Origin: Ginkgo biloba
Lineage: Eukaryota; Plantae; Ginkgophyta
Reading direction: 5' to 3'
Assembly (NCBI GenBank): GCA_024626585.2
Contig: JANKJI020000004.1
Location: 176,105,234 to 176,125,504 of the forward strand
DNA length: 20,271 bases
This document shows positions 9,972-20,271 of the stretch, in pieces; positions within the stretch are counted from its first letter, which is position 1; each line of letters starts with the position of its first letter. The position numbers and the translations under genes were made by a program. A model generated the notes under the pieces. That model saw only the letters and a program-made list of their open reading frames with translations, made no database searches and had not been told where the DNA came from.

Positions 9972-10949
9972 NNNNNNNNNNNNNNNNNNNNNNNNNNNNN
10001 NNNNNNNNNNNNNNNNNNNNNNNNNNNNNNNNNNNNNNNNNNNNNNNNNNNNNNNNNNNNNNNNNNNNNNNAATTGGGCTAGCCGTTCCGGTTGAACTGG
10101 GTGGAGAAGACTTTTCTCCGGCTTACACATTGACGTTGTAAATAAAGAGGGAAGAGCGAAGGCCATTGGGTGCAAAAGGATGAATGATGCCATGGTGGAG
10201 ATTGTTGCACGTGAGACATCTTTAGGAGACGAATGCCAAATGCTACATCCAATGAGTGACGGGAGCCACAAATGGAGCAAATTGCCGTGAAAACAACCAA
10301 ACGAGCCACATCGGGGAATGAATCACCTACAACAAGCGAGAAACAATTCGATCATGCAAAATCACGATTCGAAGGTGAACAAGTGCGTTGGGATTATTTC
10401 CCGTAATTTTAGCATTAGGATTATTTTTTTATTAAAAGGTGCTTAAGCTAAGAAGTCACGATCACATACCGCAAAAGGGATAAAACCATTTTAGGAGCAT
10501 CTCTTTATCAAATTAAGTTTTGAAAAGATCGAGGAGTCTTAAATTTAATTTTCTTTCATTTAAAACTAGTCATATGACAAAATTCTGACATCTTGCATGA
10601 TGACCAATGAATCTGAGTTTAAATTTAGACTTGTGTGTTGATTGAGATATTTGAAGCAATTTCGACACCCTACGAGGCAACTGAAGAAAATGAAAGTAAA
10701 AAATAATAAAATATTCACTTTTGTGGTGTGGTGAGGTGGTTTTAAGCCCGCGGTGGTGTGATTTTGTGGTGTGTTTTTTATTTTGTGCCCGAATTTTTCC
10801 TTTAACTTTTTGGAAAAATGGCAACTAGAAATATGAGTGCAGTAACAAATTATGCCTCTTGTAAGCAACCCTTTGTTCTTAGGAGAAATACTGGTTCGCC
10901 TGAACAAAATGTTCAATGGGAGGGTTTGAAGGGATATAATAGGCCTAGG

Positions 10950-11489
10950 TGTTGGCACTATAAGAAACAAGGACATCTAAGGATAGGTTGTCGGAAGTTG
11001 CCACAACAGAGAGTAGTAGAGGAATTTGACAGGTCAACTTGATCACCTTTCTAGGACTCACTCATCTGGGGGAGATGAGAAAGGGAAGTTGTTCATATCA
11101 TCCTATCAGGTGAGGAATGATCTGCATGATGCGTGATGCATTGATTCTGGAGCAACCAAACACGAGTGGGAGATTGGAATGGTTCAAACATGTGGTAGGT
11201 GACAGGTTAGACAGTCACATTGGGCGACGACATAGTACTAAAGGTGAAAGAGATTGGTCAAGTTCCCATCATCACGTCGAAGGGAGAAAAAAGAGCATAT
11301 ATAGATGATGTTCTCTATGTACCTCGTTTGAAGGCAAACCTTATCTTTGTAGCATATATTGAACAACAAAACATGAGTGTTCTTTTTTAATATGGCAAAT
11401 GTACTATCAGAGATAGCAACAAGAAGGTGGTAGCTGTAGGTACTAGAGAAGACAACTTGTATAAGTTGGATGGCAGATTTGATAATTTG
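10950..11489 (+). mobile_element. Ty1/copia LTR retrotransposon remnant: gag zinc knuckle, aspartic protease, pre-integrase region
   Basis: CWHYKKQGHLRIGC (degenerate CCHC knuckle); *CIDSGATKH (protease WxxDSGATxH); VTLGDD..VKEIGQV; DDVLYVPRLKANLIFV; VLF*YGKCTI; VAVGTREDNLYKLD. Confidence 0.9.
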
Positions 11490-12897
11490 NNNNNNNNNNN
11501 NNNNNNNNNNNNNNNNNNNNNNNNNNNNNNNNNNNNNNNNNNNNNNNNNNNNNNNNNNNNNNNNNNNNNNNNNNNNNNNNNNNNNNNNNATATACTTTCA
11601 TTCAAGCAGTTCATTCTTTGTCCTGCAGGAAACCCTAACAGTTTCATAGACAATAAACTAAGTTTACAACGATCAAGTTAAATGATATAGGTATTTGAAA
11701 CCTTAGCCATAGTGTGATCGTTTAATTTGCAGTGACAGTTATTCTCTTCATTCATTGGTGTTGGTGGTATTTCTGAGTAGCATGAATAATGGTGGAAAGG
11801 TTCCAATATAGATTAGGGCAAGGTCATACAATATATATGGTACATTCAGTATTATGGATACAATATACACAGTGAATATATTGTTGACAAAAAAAAATAC
11901 CACCAATATGAAACATTCATTTGAAATAATTTGACATAATATCAAACATCTCTGTGAGAAACACAATTGTATTATTAAATTCGAGAATTTAGATTCCTTT
12001 CATGTGCTGACAATCTAAATTAATGGAAAGGAGAACCAATCAACAGAGTAGAGAATAAAATTTCAAATTTGGTGCATGAATATCTAACAAGAGCAAAAAT
12101 ATCAAATTGAGGGGTGCCACCATACACATAACATTAAGAAAAATAAGAATTTAAGGTTTTATGGTGTTGCATCACCAATTTCAGATTTTGGGGTGCATGA
12201 TACGCCTTTTGACAGGCTTCCAAGATGTCGAGCATCTTCTCATCCTTTAGTACAGTGAGGAGAAAAGCTGGTGAAAATATGAAAAGCTGGCACTGTGAAT
12301 TGCTCTTTTTTACTTCTGAGTAGAGAGTAGAAGGGAGTTAATGAAAATTTGTAACGTAAAAAAAAACACAAAAGAATAATCTGGACTCAATACAAAGCTA
12401 CTAAACTACCTTGTGCCAAAGATTGAGACCTATCGGGCTTCTATCTAGTCAGAAGGTTAACAGTTTATTCAAGATAAATCTCAAATAGCAACAAAGAGAA
12501 ACAAGATATCCATCATGTACAATGAGGGTTTAAAGTACATAAGAATCCATGGAAGTTTAGAAATAGAACACCAACCAGATCATCATTCAACTAGAAAATG
12601 CCATTACAAGAAAGCTTGAGATATTTTTCAAACAAATAAATGGGCCCAATATTTTAATCACAGTAAATTATGATTTANNNNNNNNNNNNNNNNNNNNNNN
12701 NNNNNNNNNNNNNNNNNNNNNNNNNNNNNNNNNNNNNNNNNNNNNNNNNNNNNNNNNNNNNNNNNNNNNNNNNNNNNAAAACATCATTTTTTTTTTTTTT
12801 TTTTATTCTTCTTTGCATTTATTCTTCATTTCTAGCTTGTGGGTTGCACTGGTATTACAAAGATTTAGGGTTGATTTGTAAGAGATGGATCATATTT

Positions 12898-12909
12898 TGG
12901 TATGAGAGT
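12898..12909 (+). promoter_or_regulatory. Degenerate tRNA-iMet primer-binding site of an LTR retrotransposon
   Basis: tggtatgagagt vs canonical tggtatcagagc (2 mismatches). It follows ...gatCA (possible LTR end at about 12892) and precedes a gag remnant. Confidence 0.65.
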
Positions 12910-13272
12910 GGTTTGACACCAAGCACTAGTTGCCCTAATGGGGTTATGAAGGTACATGGTGAAGACAAGAAGCCTATACTAAGAAGGGGAAGATTGAAAG
13001 AGATGGAATTATCGCCTTATAGAAGGTGAGGCTTTGTGTCAAATCTTACCATGGAAATAAAAAGATCAAAGGAGCGGATGGAGCTAATGTAGCAGGGCAT
13101 TATGGATTTGTAGCAACAACTACAAAAGAAAATGACCTTTATCATACAAATGGTTACTAATATGAGTCCATTAGTTGCTAATCCAACTACAAACCAAATT
13201 GTTGGTACCCAAGTTGTGGGACAACCTACTACATCTTTTTTTAATACGATAAAGGTGGAGATAGGAATTTAG

Positions 13273-13709
13273 CTTGAGCCTTTCGATGGAGAGTTAAATC
13301 TAGAAATGGTAGACAATATGTTATGAAAGTTAGAAGTGTACTTTGATTACCAAGGCTAGATAGAGAAGTAAAAGCTCACATATGTGCAGCAAAAAATGAC
13401 CGACACCACCCTGTTATAGTGGTAGATTCTCTGTGAGAGACATGTAGTTGCATGCATTGTGGAAACAACTGATTAGAACAGGTTTAAGGCCCTAGTGAAA
13501 TAGAAATTTTACTTGGTAGGTCATGAACAAGAATTAAAGCTTCAATGGTAGTATTTACAATAAAAATTGGGATAATAAGTGGTAGGTTATACTGCAGAAT
13601 TCCATTAATACACTATAAAGATGAAGGTGGCTAAAAAGGAGGAGGATTTTGTACGTAAGTATCTTGGGGGTTTGCATACCTATTTGCAAACACAACTTGA
13701 GTTATTTTT
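13273..13709 (+). mobile_element. Ty3/gypsy gag (Retrotrans_gag) remnant
   Basis: Single frame LEPFDGELNLEMVDNML*KLEVYF...LL*W*...D*NRFKALVK*KFY..GHEQELKLQW*YLQ*KLG**VVGYTAEF...KYLGGLHTYLQ; 12 in-frame stops, no frameshift. Confidence 0.85.
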
Positions 13710-14389
13710 AATGGTCTAAACATCCAGGTTCATAACTCTCAGGTCTGCTTCATTGGGCATCTCCAAAAGAAGTCTGTCAAAATAGGGATCTCTGATTTTA
13801 TTCAGAATGTGGGAAAAATGCCCCAACTACTTCCTAATTGAAAGTGCAGCACAGCATAAGGACAATCTATATGAAATTATATATTTGAATCTTAGGCTTT
13901 CATGTTGTTTTTCAGGGAAACTTCCATTCAAGAGCAATCCAAAACATGCAAGATCAAAACATCAAAAAGACTAAACTACAAGCATCCACATTCCATCCTG
14001 CAACGCTGGTGTTGAAACACACAGACTATCTGTCCTCAATTAAACAGTATAACGTTGAGGGAAGTTTCCCAATTGCAAAGTTTATTCAAGAGGCAAAAAG
14101 TCCAATCCTTCTTTCATGCTGAAGATTTATACAAAGTTGAAGGGAGGATGGCAGTTATTCCGTCATAACTAGCTCAACAACCAATGCTCAACATAATCAA
14201 ACAATAATACAATCTTATCAATAAAAGTTTCAGGAATCCCTTCATATGATGTGGAGGGAATATCCCTTTACGAACCACCAGTAGTTATGTTCCCTTCGAT
14301 TTCTGTGAAGGTTTCAGAAGATCTCTTCATCCCACATACAATCTACTCCCTCATATGACTTGAAGGAATCACAACAATTCTATTATCGA

Positions 14390-15340
14390 TATCTTTATTA
14401 TACCTGATTACTTTATTAAACTAATGCAAGTATATAACCCATTTAAGATGCCTGATATTTTACAGCTTGGCCCGAGTCTGTAAATACTAAAGTAACTTGT
14501 AGTCTGAGTACATAATGATATCCTTACCAAGCAAGTAATGCCTCCAATGTTTCACTGCTTGGAACATTGCATACATCTCCTTATTATATGTCGAGTATCC
14601 TTACACTACTTCTATAAAAGTTTTTAAATGATTGGTAATTAGCTTTTCTTATGAATCAAGATTACTCCTAGCACATGCTCTGATGTATCAACTTCAATCC
14701 TAAATGGTAACCTAGTATCAAACAATGCCAGAATAGAGGCATTGTTGATTCCATGCTTGAGCTCCTCAAAGGCTCTTTATTATCTCTTTCGCTAAATGCA
14801 AAATGCATTCCCCTTTGTTAGAGCATTAGGTGATAAGGCTATATTTGAATAGCTTGCAACAAACTTCCTCATACAATTAGCCAATCCCATTAAGATTCGA
14901 AGCTTGTGTATATTATTTGGTGTTGGCCATTTCAATATGAATTTAGTTTTGGCAACGTCTATCTTGAGCTCTACTCAATCTACCTTAAATCCTAAATATA
15001 TCAACTCCCTCATTATAAAAGTGCACATCTAGAGGTTTGATTGAAGTTGCTCCTTCTTCAATGCTTCAAGCACTATTTCAACATGATGTAAATTCTCCTT
15101 CCATGTCTTGCAATAAATTACGATATCATCCAAACAAACAATGGCAAAGGTGTCCAAATAAGATTTGAGTATGTCACTCATCAACCTCATGAAGGTTGTT
15201 GGTGCATTGGTTAACTCAAATGGCATAACCATCCATTCAAAATTTCCTTGACTTGCCTTGAAGGTAGTCTTTCAAATGTCTTCTTCCTTGATTCTAATTG
15301 TATGGTATCTAGATTTGAGATCTATCTTGTTAAAAAAAAA
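14390..15340 (-). mobile_element. Ty3/gypsy pol remnant: reverse transcriptase and RNase H
   Basis: KIDLKSRYHTIRIKEEDI*KTTFK; EWMVMPFELTNAPTTFMRLM; VCLDDIVIY (YLDD decayed); PFRIEVDTS; TYNKEMYAMFQAVKHWRHYLLGK; RHLKWVIYLH*FNKVIRY. Confidence 0.92.
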
Positions 15341-15899
15341 ATTATNNNNNNNNNNNNNNNNNNNNNNNNNNNNNNNNNNNNNNNNNNNNNNNNNNNNNNN
15401 NNNNNNNNNNNNNNNNNNNNNNNNNNNNNNNNNNNNNNNNNNNNNTAGCATTAATAGGGGAAATACTAATAACTACTATTATAGTTTAAATCATCAAAAA
15501 ATGTCTATTTTCATTACTATATTCATCATATATTAATACATTTTATCAACATATTAGTTTATCAATTTAATTGTTTGTAGCCAACTGAAATAGTTTTTCA
15601 GTTACATCATAACCGTAAAAATACATATCAGTCATACCATTCATAGACTGACTGGAAAGTAGACTACATACCAGTGACTAGATGTTATTAGACACCAAGT
15701 GACTAGTAAATACATTCAATCTTGGTCACTGAGATAACTTCTCATACATGCATAAATAAAAAGGAGAAATTCAGAATCAGAGAACAAAAATGGTAGTAAG
15801 ATGGTGGGGGAATGGGTTTAATCATGGAATCATATTTCATCAATCAACAACCTTCAATGCAAAAACTCACAAAAATCCATCAAGTAGTGATAAGCGAAA

Positions 15900-17102
15900 T
15901 AATATCTTATTATTTTTTCCCTACTTGTTGTATTCTATCCTCAGCAAATAGGTCACTTTTAGATGGAATAACTAAGTCCCAAGGGACAAGGTCAATTTCT
16001 ACTTCTTCCCCCATTGTACTAGTAAAAACTAATATTTTTTGCGACCATAGGCCATGTGGTTTTCTTAGACACTGTAGGCTACCTACCTTTTTGCGAACTT
16101 ATTGTCACTGTCAAAATTTGTTCTACTTCATCCTCCAACAATGCAAGAGTAACATTCTATACCATCATACTCTGAAAGTTTCCAATTAAAGCATCCTACA
16201 ACTAATGTATTAGTTGTCTTCATACCTACTTTAGGTGTTAATTCTCTATCATTTTAAGATGAACCATCAAATAGAATTCATACCTTTGCAACGGAAGACA
16301 CAACTGGAGTAATAGATTTTGTTTCTTCTTGATGTCATACCGAGTGTACCTTTGCCAATTTGCATGCAACCATTTTGACGTAGCTAGTATGATCATAGCC
16401 AAATTTGCCTCTGGCTACCTAGAATTTTGTCATTAGTGACCACAACAATGGTCTAGTAGTGTGTCAAAACCAAAAGAGGTTGCCAAAAAATATTGCTTCA
16501 TAGCCAATGCAACAAAAATGGAGTGACCACAAATGAGTCCCTTTCTTAAGTTCACTAATCTCTTGTAATTGGTTTTTCACCACTTGGATACATATATAAA
16601 CTAATTCAAACACACCCCCTTATACAATCACTCAAGCAGAGTGGCTATAGTTGTTGAAAAGTAAATTTTCTACTAGAGAAGGAACATGCAAACTATTAAA
16701 AACTCCATGATCCATAGCATAACCAAATCCTATAATTGATCAATTAATGTATCATTCATGCCCATTGCTTCTTCAAAATGAGAAGGAAATTTTGTTGCTT
16801 CAACACAGGACATTTTAAGACCCAATCTCACCAATTCTTCAATAGATGCTAATGAAATCCACCAGTTCAGGCACTTCCACTGACATATAATGCGCTTGGC
16901 GAAAATCATCTCAATAGCCAAGTGCATAAACTAGGAAAGAGTCAAATCCAAATTTAACAATAGCAAGATTTTGAGGATCGCCTGCCAACATTTTTAGTCA
17001 TTGTTCTTCCAAATATTAATATTTGTATGGATCAAATAACCTTTAGGGTCCAGTCCCATTCTAGGTTCCAAACTTGATATTGGATTGTACAATGCGGAGG
17101 TA
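15900..17102 (-). mobile_element. Probable Mutator-like (MULE) transposase 3' remnant with a SWIM-like motif
   Basis: In the expected order across frameshifts: HTN.N/LEEQ*LK (TNN..E..W-like), GLICGHSIFVAL (SWIM C-x-H end), KKVGSLQCLRKPHG (decayed GRP..RK motif). Heavily degenerate. Confidence 0.4.
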
Positions 17103-17743
17103 NNNNNNNNNNNNNNNNNNNNNNNNNNNNNNNNNNNNNNNNNNNNNNNNNNNNNNNNNNNNNNNNNNNNNNNNNNNNNNNNNNNNNNNNNNNNNNNNNN
17201 NNTTCGACATCCGAATAAAATGCTACCTTCAACTAAAATGTCTTCCAACGTAATGCATCCTCTGTAATACCTCCTTCACTATAGCTCATCCCCTCTTCGA
17301 CGCATCACCAACAGGATCTCCAAAAACCATCCCCCAACTGTTGTCGGTTTGGATGAAACCAATATTGTGTCTGTTTGGACAAAACCAATGAAAAAAAACC
17401 CAACTTGTCGGTTAACAACGATCTGACGTTGTTGAAGAAGGGATCTCTATGGGCGTTGTCAATTTAAGAACTCAATTGTTCTGTACCCAATCCAAATGCA
17501 TTCAAAGAATACAAATTTATCGCCATGAAGATTGCCCTGCCGGTCATCGCAGAGCATTAATCTTTCTGCTGTTCACAAATCGACAACCAACATTGATCAA
17601 CCTTTCTATCATTTTCGCTGCTTCAACCTTCACATCTTGGTCGATGTAGCAGAGAATTTAGAAGCAATTAAGGTGTAGATCTTTCTNNNNNNNNNNNNNN
17701 NNNNNNNNNNNNNNNNNNNNNNNNNNNNNNNNNNNNNNNNNNN

Positions 17744-18179
17744 CTCAAAGGCCTCTGTGAGTACCACTTCCTTGAAATTCTTCTCAATAAATGTCTTGAA
17801 CTTCCTCATCAACCTGGCCTCCAGAATCCTGAGACAATTCTCGACGGTAAGCATGTCTTCCAGAGCCTTGGCAATGATGGCCTTGACGAGAGGAAGTTGG
17901 TACTTGTGGTTGGTGCCAAAGTCTCCAAATTGTGCTCCCAACTGATGCTTTTGGTGCCCAAAGTGCCTAGATATATGAGCCACAAGAAGGCTCTCAGGGC
18001 CTTGGTGCTCATTATCTCTTCCATATTTATGATCATTGGACCATCAAATGCCTACTTGTCGGCCGCCGTGCCCACATTGAACATGGATTTGAACACTGAC
18101 AACTTATTAGCCAGAACTGACCTATGCGCCATGGCGAAGTTGGCCTAGATCTCTGCCCTTAGATCCGAGTGTAGTCCTT
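17744..18179 (-). pseudogene. BTB/POZ (with BACK-like helices) domain pseudogene, no introns in the visible part
   Basis: GLHSDLRAEI*ANFAMAHRSVLANKLSVFKSMF...DK*...MSTKALRAFLWLIYLGTL...NLETLA[frameshift ~17910]HKYQLPLVKAIIAKALEDMLTVENCLRILEA...FIEKNFKEVVLTEAFE. Stops at 18145-18147 and 18052-18054. Both ends are bounded by N gaps. Confidence 0.85.
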
Positions 18180-18889
18180 NNNNNNNNNNNNNNNNNNNNN
18201 NNNNNNNNNNNNNNNNNNNNNNNNNNNNNNNNNNNNNNNNNNNNNNNNNNNNCTTCACTATGTTGCCCATGATCAAGTACTAAACTCAAATCCCGTCTTT
18301 GAATTCTTTCTCTTGTAAAATTAATCTACATGAAGACGATAAAGGCTAGAGTAGTTTCTCTTCTATTATCTAAAACCTTCCAGTCGATGCTCACACTCTC
18401 ACCAGTTCACATATCTAGTCAACACAATAGATTTATTGCTTCCAACTTCTATGTCTCGTTGTTGTTGTCACCCTGTNNNNNNNNNNNNNNNNNNNNNNNN
18501 NNNNNNNNNNNNNNNNNNNNNNNNNNNNNNNNNNNNNNNNNNNNNNNNNNNNNNNNNNNNNNNNNNNNNNNNNNNNATCAGGAATCAAAACAGATTGAAT
18601 GCCAAATATGATGTTTTGACTATTTTATGGGCTATTAGTGGACTTTATGGAGACCAGTTTAGTTTCAACACTAAAAACTGACTAAAAATGACTTATGTGC
18701 ACTAATTTGGGTTTTAGCCACTTTTTTCTCCTTTAGGACTTTTTATTTTTGTCTTATGTTCTTATTGGTTTAATATGACCTTATTTTAGCACTTTTTAAT
18801 AATNNNNNNNNNNNNNNNNNNNNNNNNNNNNNCTTTCCTAAAGTAAAAACTTAGGAATTTTTCTTTTTCTTTTTTAAAACACGGCCAAC

Positions 18890-20271
18890 CTATGTGCGTG
18901 CCCGATTCTAATTGTAATCCAAATTTTTTAGTTGATTCGGCTATGGAATCACGCCGCATCCGCTTTGTTTCTCATTTTATTAGATTTATACACTCCCTTG
19001 AGCATCGTACAACTCTTTTGGTACACTGGGATTCCATTTCAGCATTGGGCATTCGATTCTTCGCAATCTTCTTCCAATTCTTTCATCGAGCGATGTCTAT
19101 CATCTCCTTTGGTGTCTTCATCTCCAGCGTCCAACTCAAACTTCAAACTATCATTAAAGAGAGTTGGCTTGATTCCAGCAAAACGAGGACATTATTCCAT
19201 GATGCCAGGATTTCGCGGTTCACGACCTGCTCGTTATCACAGTTTCAAGTAATTTCAATGTTTACTCTTGTCTTCTCTTGCGGCTGCTTGCATCCTATTC
19301 TCCAAATTGGGCATTCTCTCCTATCTTCTCACATCAGGGAAACCTCTCATTCGCACTTCAACACCCGACAAAATTAGCGTGGTCTACAACAATCGATCAA
19401 TGTTTATCGTTCGCTTCTTATTTTTGTTGCTAGTTTCCACTGATGAATTCGAACGATTTCTTCCTATCGTTCGATTTTCAACCTGTAGACGAATAGTTGT
19501 TACTAGTTTTGAATTTGTTTTCTCCTCTATGTCCCGATTTCTCTTGGCATCGCCTTCTTGTTTTTCTCACGTTCTTTGCTACTCAAGAGCGACTCTCATG
19601 TCTACATTCTTTAGCGTCTTAGTTCCAGCGACTACGTCCCGACGACTCCTCTACTTTAATGCAACTTCTCACAAGGCATTTCGCTCAAGTCTCTTACTCA
19701 TGCTAAGAGCGTTTGTGGCTCTTTTTCCTCTAATGCGGCCTGCTCTTGTTCCTCAACACATGGTGGTGTTTGTGAGCATCTCCTCTCACTCCTCATGTGA
19801 AAAGGGGATATTTCTGTGCATCAAGCGACTCATTATTCATCCTGCATCTTTTCTCAATTGCACATTAAGTCGTGTGAGCATCTTAGCCTTCAAATTCTTT
19901 ATGAGTGTCATTGTGGTGAGATATGTTTCCCAGTAGCAATGATCCCTACTTCTCTACATAGTTTCAACAAACACCACGTCTTACGTCTGGTTTTCCACAA
20001 ATTCACTAGGACATTATTCTCTCTCTTCCAGGGCGTCGTTCATTGATTTGAATTTCTAAACTACATTCATTTCTCTCCAAGGATTCATGGATAACATACA
20101 AGAGAGTCGGGATCATCTTCGGATGGCGAAGATCGTCACCTGTTTAAATTGTTCCAACAACCTTTTGTGGGTAACTCCATCCTTTGCGGACAACACTACA
20201 CTTGTCCTTTGCAGACAACACTGTTCAAACAATTGAATCCATCAAATATTCTTCAAATCATGGTCTACAAC
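18890..20271 (+). mobile_element. Decayed coding-like segment, possibly the 5' part of a Penelope-like retroelement
   Basis: Pyrimidine-skewed plus strand with overlapping long ORFs in shifting frames and weak motif similarities only (see findings). Confidence 0.25.

Noticed and set aside
10700-10790. GTGGT-rich motif cluster
   Set aside because: Not a telomere repeat, and no terminal inverted repeat was identified.
17757-18148. Plus-strand ORFs 17757..17945 and 17897..18148
   Set aside because: Antisense shadows of the BTB pseudogene.
19268-19936. 222-aa hydrophobic ORF as a membrane protein
   Set aside because: The F/L/S richness follows from T/C skew, and there is no domain or splice signal. 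It is better explained as a frame of decayed element sequence.

Overview
This is AT-rich eukaryotic DNA with many N gaps, most likely from a land plant. The transposon types and a dynein-like spliced gene suggest a lineage with flagellated sperm, such as a fern or lycophyte (inference). The only apparently intact host gene is on the minus strand at 852-1962 and is not recovered as a gene by the ORF track. It has five short GT-AG exons joined in phase 0, giving an open 154-aa C-terminal peptide. That peptide resembles the dynein heavy-chain stalk microtubule-binding domain (MTBD) plus coiled-coil 2, but ends in an acidic tail and stop codon rather than continuing into AAA5/AAA6. The rest is decayed elements: two tandem L1-type LINE ORF1 (DUF4283) copies, a Ty1/copia gag-protease fragment, a Ty3/gypsy PBS+gag (+) facing a gypsy RT-RNaseH (-), a probable MULE/SWIM remnant, an intronless BTB/POZ pseudogene and a possible Penelope-like element at the right edge. 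There are also degenerate tandem arrays (71, ~40 and 18 bp) and microsatellites. No RNA genes or CRISPR arrays were seen. All family calls are by-eye motif recognition, not database searches.
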